Shown here piece by piece: positions 12,501-24,500 of a stretch of DNA of 64,000 bases. A program made the position numbers and the translations under genes. Source of the DNA: Macrostomum hystrix (lineage: Eukaryota > Animalia > Platyhelminthes); the NCBI GenBank assembly GCA_950097015.1, contig CATNEN010000012.1:1178001-1242000 (forward strand). The letters are read 5' to 3'. Positions within the stretch are counted from its first letter, which is position 1. Each line of letters opens with the position of its first letter. The notes below the pieces were generated by a model that was not told the origin of the DNA, made no database searches, and saw nothing but the letters and a program-made list of their open reading frames with translations.

Positions 12501-15500
12501 TTGTTTTGACAGATAAATGATTCTATCACAGGTCCGCACTGGGCAAATTACTAACACGCAAGTTAGCTTGACGTCTAAGACGAATTTTGCATGGTAGACC
12601 TCGTCACTCACCTTCTGCCGGGCAGCCGTGAAATCCAAGCTCAACTGATTGACAAGCAGAGTCTGTCGGCGTAGACAGCACCTGGAGGAACGCTGAATGA
12701 GCCGTCACGGAGCGATTTAACCAAAGGCTCGAGTTGCTATCTCTTATTTGGATCGTCTAGAAAAGCCGAGGAAATAAAATATATACAGGATATCAGACTC
12801 GTGAAAGACATATACGAGCGTACACACACAGTAAGATTCTAAATCTACTCACGTAGTTAGCAACGGATCTATTGCTAAGGTCGGTGAAGTTCAGCGCAAT
12901 GACATGAAAGCTTGAGCCCACTGAGCAAGGGCTAACCAGGCGAATGGTCACATTGGTGAAATGGTGCAGACTCGAGAAGTTTACATATAGCCTCTCTGGA
13001 CTCCGGGTGTCCAAGGTAAGCGCTTTAGTGAGGCTACTGCTCTTCATCGTAATGTTTGAGAAGGGCACCAGAGCGCATTCTGTTTAGAAATTTGCATTTT
13101 TAGAAAAAATTGGGCGTTTTTTGTTTCTCAGGACAGTGGAAAAGAGTCCATATTTTGGACATTTACATTTGACATCAAAGCACGGTAGCATTTTCTCATC
13201 TTCATGTCTTTGCAGGGTTCATAAACCAAAAAAATTAGCAGCTTTCTCCTTACCGAGTGGGAATCCCAGCAGTCCAAAACGAATCACACTGAGCGTATTT
13301 AACGCCTTCTTGGGCCTCAACGCCAGGAGCCTGGCGTCCACCGGTGCACTCAGGTCATGCCGGATCATCTGCTTGTCCTCGGTGTTGCCTAGGAAGGTGG
13401 AATTACCCGAGTGCCTGCTGTTCGCCCACTGAAGGCTGTCGGTGTCCGCAGTCGCACTAAAGAGCAGCTCAAACTGACTGACAGCGTTACCGCCGCCGCC
13501 CGCGGTGACAACTGACAGCACACGATGCGGCACAGGGAACTGGACCATGAGGTCATCATTCAGGCTGGTCTGGTAGCCTGGCTGATAGATTTTACTGCCG
13601 TAGGTCATCGGCGAGCCCCAGCTGATCCGTGCCGATGTGATTGGTCGGTTTGTATCAAACAGGCTGGTCAATTTCCTCGCGGACATCTGGAAGGCTTCGT
13701 ATTGAATATCTGGCAGCTTTGGTGGCTCTTCGATGCCGGACGCTGGGCCGCCGAAAATCTCCAGCTTGCCGGCCATGATGCCCTGCACACTGGATGCGTA
13801 CAATCGGAAGTTTTTGGCGGCGATTAATGGCTGCAGCACTTCAGTTGAGCTGCCGCAGTAGTCCGGCGAGCTAAACGGACCGTACAGGTACTGAAAGTAG
13901 CAACAGGATGAGATGTCGGAGACTTCAGGATTCACTTACCCGTGTGAAATCAATGACAACTTTTAAAAATGACGAAAAGGCAGCATAAAGTACAGAGCTC
14001 ACGAGAGCAACTATAACGAGCATTTTATAAAGCTCTAGCTGGAAACTCACATTAAAGTAATAACTCCGCAATGCATAGCGGTACCAATAGTTAGCATCGT
14101 CAGAATACTGCAGATAGTAGCGCTTAATCAGCTCTTTGGTAATGGCTGAGTTGTAGCAGAAGGCCGCCCCCACTGTGATACTTTGAGCCACGATGCGAAC
14201 ACTGAAGCTGGCTTGAAGCCACTCATCTGGGTCAGTGCTTGCGGCACGAAAGTAGCCAATGTTCGGGCGTGGATCGGCTGAAGAGAAAATTTTAATACTT
14301 AAATAAAATAGTATATACAACCTTGAATGCACCTTTATCCTGCAGGGACACACTGGAAATTTGGAGGTCCATCAAACAGCTTACGAAAAACGCGTAAACC
14401 CCCAATTTAAGAATTGAGCATGGGAGACAAGCCAGCCAGAACGGAATGTTCCGAGAATCGTCTAATAATTTGTAGTACCAGAGGGATTAAAGCTTAGATA
14501 GGAAGTAAGACAAGGCCTCAGTAAAAATGTGCTCACCTGAATCGCAGAATAAAATAGAGCAAGTAGAGAGAGAGCTGGTGGCGGAGTTGGCGCACTTCTC
14601 GCGGCAGTTGTTTGCGGCGTCGTAGGGGCTGCCCTCCACGAAGCTGCTAGGCGAATCCAGGCCAATTCGCTGATCCCAGGAGAAGCAGGCGTCCCTGCTG
14701 CTGCCACTTTGCGTGCAGAAGTTTCCAGCGAAGGAAGGCAGCTCTGTGGGACTCACAGCGCAGTGCTGGCCGCTGGCGTAGCCATCCGGACTGCCGGGTC
14801 GGCAGCAGCGCCACATAACCGTGTCTGTCCGTTGATTCTCACGGTAGAATGTAGGGTTTGTTATCAGAGTGTCTGAAGCATACTCAAAACCGTTGCCTCC
14901 ATGGAAGAATTTCAAGTCAAATGTCAAAGTCCTGATTCTTTGCCAGTTGTCCTCCTCGCCTCTCCAAACAGTCTGGTCATAACCGTCACCATTGGAGATA
15001 GATACGTGGTGCAATCGCTCAACGTAGCCCGTGCAGCGATTCGGAATCGATAGGCAGTCTACGAGGTCAGTTTTTACTCAGCATCAAGCCAAAATCTATA
15101 ATAATCATATAATAATTGCAGGAGGGCTGCGAGCAATGGCACATCGTTTGTGTTAGCGTTTGAAAAGCGCTTACATCGGTGCTCCTTTCAATCAGCGACC
15201 TTCACCTGCATTTCGACCCACCCAGCGCTCAAAATAGACCTGAGCGGGCCAGACCGGCTGACTTGACGGCCTGGGAAGCAATGACGCAGAGACCGAGAGC
15301 CTGTGCACCCTATCAGCCTGCAAACTCGTGCCAAGAATGCTCGCGGCTGGTGTGTTGGGTGGGGGACCATGGCAACGCGGGGCAGAGAGATAACTGCTTG
15401 TGTGTAAAGCCCTCCGACCCCCCTACTGCTAAACACTGCCCTATTGCTTGAATATAAAATACACTGCTTCGCAGATATGCTCCGGCACTGAAGCTTTGAG

Positions 15501-18500
15501 ATGTGAGTCTCACACTCATAATTGTTGGCCTCTGTGGTCAGTACGAGTCTTTCGGTTAGTGTCGGCAGAAGGTAGCAGGCGGCAAATAAACCTGCTATAG
15601 TTTGGTGACACTAGACCCGCAGCCAGCGAGGAGGCAATTCTGCTCATTTCGCTGACTCCTGAGCACACACGCACACAGATACTGTATGCGGGCATACGCT
15701 CACACAGGGATGTGCATATCTGCTCTGAATTTCCTATCGTCAGTTAATGTACACTTTGATGGTTGGCCCTCAAAGGCGTAAATTGCACGACAAGCCCCCC
15801 AATTGCCTTCTCTCCGCGGCTGCGCCCCAAATGAAAGTGGCCTCGCAGTGGAATCGAACTCAGCGACCTTAGCAAACGCGTTAACCACTCTGCCACTCAC
15901 CCCATCATAAATCAATCAGCAGCATTAATGAAATTTTAGGCCTACAGTTAAAATACTACTCTGTATAGTTACAGAAATACTACGGCATAATCCTCGAACC
16001 AAACTGACTGAAATCAGTAGCTGGTTGATCCAGTCGACTAGAGACGTCGAGAAATCTCACCCAGTCCTTATTATATCATTTACCAACGCGTTTTAACAAA
16101 AAGTTAAAATCAATTTTCTTGAGTATTTTAGAAACCTTTGTTTTCGCTTAACAGGTGACTATATTAAAGTGTTATGTATTTTTCTCGTGAGATGTCTCTG
16201 CGTATCAGTTGGTTTGGTTCTATATCATAGCATTGCCCTTGGGCTCAATTCTAGAGTCTTAAGTTGACATCCCCTTTTATGAAGAAGAATCATTTCGTAA
16301 GTTTAGTACATTTAGTACTTAGGTTTTTTCAGATTTTTTGTTTAATTTCAATCCATTTCAGACAATTTTTTCCCTTTTCTTGATTTCCTTTCTAGCGAGC
16401 GTACAGGTGCGTTCATGTGTATTTAATTCTGTGCCGATTCAAACGAAAGGTAAGCATACTTAACGAGACACTTACACTTCTGGTAAGGTGCGCACTCTCT
16501 GTGCGCCCAATGGGCCAGCTGAGGTGTAAAAGCTATCTGGAACAGTTGCACACAGAACAGGTGGAAGCTGCTACCGTTGCCGAACAAAATTTGTTGGCTA
16601 AAATGAGATGTTTGGAAAAACTGATTTTCGTTTATCTTAAAATATATTTAGTCTAGGAGTGTTTTTAAACTTTATATAATTCAGAGAATGTGCAGCAACG
16701 TAAAAAAGCTCAGCTCACCCATCGATGGTCTCAAGCGGATCAGTGTCAGCATTGGGCACAGTGGTGAGGAAAACCAGTTTGATCCTGTCTAGAATCTGCA
16801 GCGTGCCCGCCTGCGAGTCCACCGAGATGCAGATGTATCTCCAGAGCAAGCTGAACAAAAATGTGCCAGTCAGACTTGCAAACTGGCCGGATCGTCGTCG
16901 CACGTACAACTCGAAGTTGACCAGACTGGTCATTCTGAACGACAGGCTACCGTTGGTTGTCTGTAGCACCGGACTGGCAAAGCTGTACGATGCATTCACG
17001 TACAAGTAGAGGCACAAGGTGTACACTGGAGAGTCGACCGTAAGGCCGACGCCTCCGGGTGCCAGGAAGCTCGAGTTTGTCGCCCCAGACAGGTAGAGCC
17101 CGCCACCGGACTTATAGGTGGGTCCGAATACCCAGCTGACGTTATTGCTTGCAACGCCATGGAGTAGCAGCTTTCGCTGCTGATCCGGCGTTGAAACTGC
17201 CGTTTCATTCGGCCCGACAGTGCCATTGTCAAGGGGCCAAAAAGCCAATCGAAATGCTCGAGGGTCCGGGTTAAGAGCGTCTGGTGCTGCAAAGAAACGA
17301 AAAAATATTTTATGAGATGGAATTCATGTGGTTGATTTATGCAAAAAAAATTAAAGACACTCAAGAACTTTCAACCAGGCTCTATACTCGTAGTTCACCT
17401 AGTTAACGTTTGTATGGTACAACTACAATGATATAATGTTGACAGCCCAATTTAATGTACCAATTTACCTAGGGAAGATTCATAGCATATCATGACAAAA
17501 TATTTTTGTCTTTCTAAGTATATCGAGTTCATGTGTCCGCAATAAGAGCCATTGTTATCTGTCTGGTTTACTTACAGAACGCTTGCACCCTGTAGGACGC
17601 ACTTTTGACATAGTAGAGAAAGCTCTCTGATTTGGACGTCAGAGCGGCGCTTGCGGGAGCATCGGCTGCGCTGATCAGGGGCCAGTCACTGCTGACATCT
17701 GAATTTTTCAGCAAGTAGTTTCATATATATAGTCAACATGTAGTCAGCAAGTATTGTATCCGATACAGTGGCGTATGAGAAAATACAACTTGCAGATTGG
17801 AAAGGAGTTGTACGCTCGTAAGCTCGAACAACTGTGACAATACCATAAACTCAGGTTAAAATTATTATAAAACCACAAAACGATGGTAAGACAAGACGTT
17901 CTGTGTGTGTTTTATGTAGGGAATTCAAGCTTTCGAAAATATATGTTTACCAAAAGGCATTCTCTGCATCAGTTGGTCGGTATTGGTGTCGAAATTCAGC
18001 ATGGCAGTCTCGAAATTCGTCCGGTTGGCGTCGTTGAATCTGGTCGCCTTCAGTGCGGCGACTGCCACGGAGGCGCAGACAGCGGGCAGCTGCTGGTCGC
18101 AGAATCTGAGCAGCCCGATAAGGCTCACGGTCGAATCGCTGTTCAGGTAGTTCAGGCTGGGGCTAATTGTACTGCGCTTCACTGTTATCATATGCGGTGG
18201 CCGGGGCGACTCCACGTCTGTGGGTGCGTTTGAATGGAAATTGTTTTGACGTTACTGACAGCAATCTCTCTGTGTTGATCTTGTGTCAATTTGTGATAAT
18301 GCTAACGCGTTTCAAAACTCCGACGGATGCGAAATCTCAAATTATGCGAAGTCAACAGGCCCAGCGTCGGAAAGACACGAAAGAGAAACTTCTCAAGCAA
18401 TACATATCTCAAGGATTCAAATCACGTGAGTCAATGATCCTATTGCCGCAGTGCTTGTGAGGCACTACTGTTCCACAAGTGGAACTGTGGAACTGTTCGA

Positions 18501-21500
18501 TGTTTCAACAGTGGAACATCGAAATATGTGGTATGAAAGTGAATATAAGCAAGCTAAAGTAGATTCTAGCAAAAAAATAGCAAATGTGTCCTACTTAGAC
18601 ATCTGAACATGTAACATTGTCAGAATTCTCCGGTGAAAGGAATTTCTAGGAGACTCTAATGCGTCTCGAACTAACTAGGGACTAGTTTGCTCAACCACTG
18701 TGGACCTCTCAGGTGTGCGTAGGTTCCCAGATGTTGAACCTGTTTACCAGTTTTGTCCTGACATATCTTATAGAGAGAAATAATTGATTGGCCAGACTAG
18801 CTACTTAACAATATCCGACCCTATTCACAAATTATATTTTTACTATATCCATATTAACCTAGACGTTATAGGACCGATTGAAGTGATTGCACGACACCAT
18901 TAGTACGAGTACAAGCTGAACAAGTTGCCAATTTTATAAGGATTCGGCGTTCAACGACTGTTTGATTTACTACTTCAGCATTTGATTTACTGAAGACTAT
19001 CGCGTCTTCAGCACCAACCGCATCGTTTATCGAACCAGGTGGCGCCTAGTTGCGACGTCACCCAAACTAATCAACTTTACAAAAAGGCAGTCTATTCTGA
19101 TAAATATAACTTTATGCTCGAGCTAATTCGAGCTAGAATTGAGGGTGCTCTCACATTCGATAGCGTGCACAACAATTTCGCTGGCACCGAAGCAGCAGCT
19201 AATTCTGTTTCGTCGCACCACGAGGTACCTGCCGCGCCAATTGCAGACATACTCAATCACATTGCCGGGACTGTAGATCCCCAGCGAGGCCTGACAGAGG
19301 AAACTATTAGGCATAGCAGAAAAATATGGATTATCCACTGTTGTGTCCGATAGCCAGCATTCGTAGCTTCTGAAGGCCTCTGAAAAGTGACGAGAGTGCG
19401 ATTGATCCAATTTATGTTTTTAAGTCCAATTGATTTTTCGAATCCATTTTTCGTGTGTATCTTCAATTCATACCTGAATTCCAATTACTATTTTCTGACC
19501 TGGACTTTCTATGGCATAATCCAATTAAAACTTCGATGTTACAAGGGTAGGTAATCAAATTAGGTTCATTTATGCAACCAAGGCGAAAGATTTATTCGTG
19601 GAATGAGCCAACGTGGAAGAGACGTAGGCTGTAGTTGCTGTATTTGAAGGAGGTTGCTTAGGGCGGCGGACTCACGTCTTGCTGGTCGGGGGTTCGATTC
19701 CCGTCTCCACTGAAACAAGTTTGTGTCCTTTAGCACACACTTAACTCTGCACTGCTTCAGTTCACCCAGCTGTTAAATGGGTACCAGCATTCAGCATGGC
19801 GTAATTGAGGATGGGTGTGGCGTCCCCCCAGTCCATGGACTGAACAGCCGTACGCAGCCTTCAGACGCGCCGCGCAATAGCTGCGGCTGTGCTGTCGGCT
19901 GCACATCTGGCCCGATGGGGGCTGGTGTGATAAAAAATTGAAGGTAAGCCTTCAAAACTTGAACTATACAGTTCATTTTTTCCTAAAGACATTTCTAGCT
20001 GGTTTGCAGTGCTTTCTATTATATTTTCTGTTTGTTTTCTGGTCGATACAGCGACAAGCCGGTTTCAGAGTTATCTGAATCCTAATAATCAACCGCGATG
20101 AGATTTGCTCATGAATTTCCTATATTAAGTTATCTTGTAAACAGTCCGTGCCAATTAAAGCAATTTAACTCGGTGTTTGATTGCGCAACGCGGCTCTGTT
20201 ACCTAATTTATTTCTAGCTTAATTATCTCGGTGCGGCTTCCAACGTGCATCAGTTCCGAGTCCGCAGTATATACGACTTACGATATCTCGTATGTAGACT
20301 GTGCATAAATCGAGAATAGAATAATTGTGCACAAATTTGGCAATTATTTTTGCTCGAAATTCGTCAGTCTCCACAACTAATCTATAATGAACTCGGCATT
20401 GTTCCTGACTGCTGCTCTCCTGGCTGCTTGGTGAGTCCTTGAGCTTGAATGCTTGCTAAAACACTCTGAAAGTCACAAATACGCAACCATTTCAGCCTCT
20501 GTTCCGTTGCCAACTGTTCGGAAAGCTGCAGCAAATATGGCGAGGAGAGAGTGGATGGAAATAACCTGTGCAAGTGCAGGTACCTATTCATCAGGGGCAT
20601 CGCGAGCGGAGAGCTGCAATGGATCTGCCGTCTGAATGGCTGCATGGCCTGGAGTGAAGCCGCAGGCCGCAGGGTGTTCTATGAGCCTGGGGCCATTGTG
20701 AAGTATCGTGGGGCCAGCTGCACGTGCGTGAAAGGCTCAGATCCACACCTGGATATTATTACCTTATATCGCTTACAATGCAAAAAGAACTAGAACTTTG
20801 ATGATCTGCTGTCGTGATTGATCGAAATATATACTTACCAAATCATTAATTACCTGGTTAAGGTGAATTAACTATACTAAGTTAACGAAAACTATACTTT
20901 CATACCGAATGTGAAAGTGTTTTTATGTCTAGTTAAAACTCGTATTGACCCCGAGGACTAGGAATTGGTTGCGGCTGACCACCCAACATGAATGAGACAC
21001 CTGTCAACAGGTGTGCTTCATATGCATGATGAATGGATAGGTACTCCATACTGTAGTACACGCACCGTTGACATCAGATCGAAGGTAGTGCCAGACGAAG
21101 CCCACTTGACCGGCATTGGCTGGCAGCTCCACGCGCCACCAGTCATAGAAGGCTGGCCCGTACACGTACTCCAGCGACAGGCCCGGTCGCACAGTCCAGT
21201 CCTGAGTGAAGTCGCCGTCATTTGCTGCACCCACTGGACCAGAAGTGGCTCGAACCTTAAAAAATTATGGAGAGCAAGAATTGGTGGGAAGTTAGACTGG
21301 AGACATTGACTAGAGGCATTGTCATCCTGTCTACCTGAGAGCAGTTGACAGGTGCGCCAACAATGTTGATCGGTTTTGAGACCTGGCTGTAGCCAGTATC
21401 CAGGGCCGACACTTCGCATAGAAACGGATATACAGCCAGGTAGGTGTCGCACTGAATATTGTTCCAGGCCCCACCGTTGGCTAGCGACATCATCAAGCAA

Positions 21501-24500
21501 TGCTTGCCTGGAAAGCTCTGCTGCCAGAAGGACCAGGTCACGGGGCTGCCGTCCCACCACTCCCAGCGACCCGACGTTTGGTTCCAGCGACCGTCGATGT
21601 GCACGAACTTGTGCTGGCTTTGGCTTCTGCAATGAGTTTGATGGTTTCATTTGTAAGCGAACGATAAAATACGCTATCCGCTTGAGGACTACATGTTTTG
21701 AGTAATTAAAATCCATTGAACTTTTGGTTTCCCGATCAAACCAATATAACCCTCAGACCAATTTAATAATAATTGTAGCGTTTAGAAAATATATATCGTA
21801 CCCACAGGAATCGCTGTGAAGATGTAATTAAATCTGTTAAATATTGAAGAAGCTAAGATGATCTCACCCAGCGGTGGAGTGGTAAAACAGGTAATAAAAC
21901 AGTTGCTGCTCAGCTATGCTCCTTGGGCTGGCCAGGTGACCGCTGCCATTCCAGGACATGGACTCGCAGATCGCCTTGGCAACCATCGGTGGGGCAACCG
22001 AGTGTGGGTGCCGAGTAGTACTGTTGAGTGGCATTGGGGCCCAATAGCAGCTGGACTTGTGGCGGAAGAAGCCAAATGGGCAGTCTGCGAGGGAGGTTAA
22101 TGGAAGAGGTCGAGAGATTTGGCATCTATCATTGAAGTCGAGGTTGAAAATTCTGAAAATTTAATATCTCTAATAGTTGCTCCAAATTGTAAGCCTTTCT
22201 ACAAGGAAATTTCCTCAAGGGGAGCACTGGACATCAGTTTTCGAGCTGGTGTTCTCGATGTGAGTCAGAATCGAAGCTAGCACGGCTCCAATGGCTCACC
22301 ATGATACTGAAGGCATCCACGAAGACTGACTCCAGACGAAACGACAGTCTGGTTGCCCGAGAACTCGATGCGCAGCTCGTCTGTCAGCAGCGGCCTGGGC
22401 AGTGACTGGTTAAAACCGTTGGCAAGCTTGAATATCTGTCAAGAAGCCAAGCAAGAGGTTGAGAGCTGTTCAAGCACCCAACAATGTACGACCGTATGTG
22501 AATGGGGTCGGAGCAGAGCGGTTTACGCGTTTGCCTCTCGCACCACGGTCCCTAAGTTCGATTCCACGGCGAGGCCACATTTATTTGGGGCGCAGCCACG
22601 GAGAGAAGGCTTGGGGGCTTGTCGTGCAATTTACGCCCTTAAGAGCCAACCTGCCAAGGCACAGTGAGAGTGTACACTGCCTGACGATGAGAAAGTCAGG
22701 GCAGATGTACACACAAGTGTGAGCGTGTGCCTGCGTACAGTATCTGTGTGCGTCTGTGCTCAGTAGTCAGCGAAATAGGCAGAATTCACTGGATGTGGGT
22801 CTAGTGTCACCAAATGATGTGCCATTGCCCGCAGCCCTTCTGCAATTATTATTATTTATTATGACGACCGTATGTGACGAATTGACTTACAAAAGGCAGC
22901 CCATTGACAGTCGCGTCTGTGAAAAGAGCCATTGCGCAGGCTCTTAAACTGCAGCTGGAAAGTGGCGTCGTTGCTAAATCGAATAGCACTGGGCAGCTGA
23001 AAGCCAATCAGCCAGTAAAACTTCTTCAGGCGCAGGCTGACGATCTGCCCACTGACAGACTCGGATACCACGTGAGAGGGCGGAATCACGCCGCAATCTA
23101 GAACGTGTAGGAGCTTTTATTCACATTACTACGGATTCGGCACTAACTGCTTTTGAAGTGTTACAATTTAACCTATGCGATTCACATCTATGCACGCTTT
23201 TGAAAATCAAATAGTAATCAGTTTTTCCTTCCAATGCGAAAATGCGTTTGCAAGAACTACTTTCGAATGGGAGCTTTTGGTCAAAATTCATTCTCCTTTG
23301 CTTGCCATTTCTGGCCAGCTCCAAATCTCCGACTACACCTTCGTCAACGAATAAGACAAACTCCATTTAATTAGAATTCCTATAAAATCCTATTAGATCT
23401 CTAATACTCTTCCCGTTGATCACCAACGAAAGGATCTGTGAGTAAACCAAACTTGTGTTTGGGAAAACACTCTTCTCTCAGTAATCCCATCGTAAGTTTT
23501 ACATCTCTGAGATTGTTTACCTGCAGACCATTTAGATATAAATCGATTGAGAGCTCAACAACTAAAGTGGGTGCAACATCAGGAAAAGATAGTCGATTCC
23601 TACGCCTCCTTCTTTCTTGGAAATAAAACCATCTATAATTGGCCTTTGATAAGAACACCAATTCTAAATAATAAGAATACTCATTCAGCTAGACATATTC
23701 AGACATACTAGGAGTCATCATCATATCTACAACTATAGAAAGAATAGAGTAGAAACATTTTAAATATTACACTTTGAGTAGAATGTAAGTATCAGAGAGG
23801 CCACCGATGCAAACAAGCTTGATACAATATCAAGCATATGCAAGAAACCAAGTGCCTTTTGATTGGTGTTTTAGCGTGCAAAAATAATTTGCGAGTGCAT
23901 TGAAGCACAGAAAGAACACCGGAACTCCTCACCGTCGGGATAGCCCAGCAGCTCCAGACGAAGAACCCGACTGTTAACAAACTGTACGGGCACGAATCGG
24001 AGCAGCTTGGCCAGCACTGGCACCGGTAGGTCGAAACGCAGGGGAATCTCGTCGCTTTGCTGGCCAGAGAACGTGTGCTGCAACAGTGGAAAAAGTGATG
24101 AGGCTCCAGCCAATATACCTGGCTACTAATTAATTTAATCACCTCGACAACACCTGCTATTAAGTTGAAGAACAATCGGGGGTGTTTCACAAACTCGAAG
24201 TTACACAACGTTGAAAGCACCTTTCTTCCCTAGGCCAAAATTTCACAACTTAAAAAACTTTTTATGATTTTCATTTCCAGCATGGGACGATGGCTTGTCA
24301 CAAAAGCTTTGAGTTGCACTCCAATATAATAATAAATGGATTGGAAGTGTATGCTTTAGATACTTGTATTGGAAGCAGCAAAAATATAGATGATTATCAT
24401 ACAGGTTGTCATAAGAAGGTACAAATGTTAGCAAAATGACGTCCTTTGCTATGGAGTTTTCGATGTTCAGAAATTTCGAGCCCAGTGAAGTTTCGACCAT

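Noticed and set aside
15179-15519. Short ORFs first considered receptor exons
   Set aside because: They lie inside the TSD-flanked solo-LTR-like insertion
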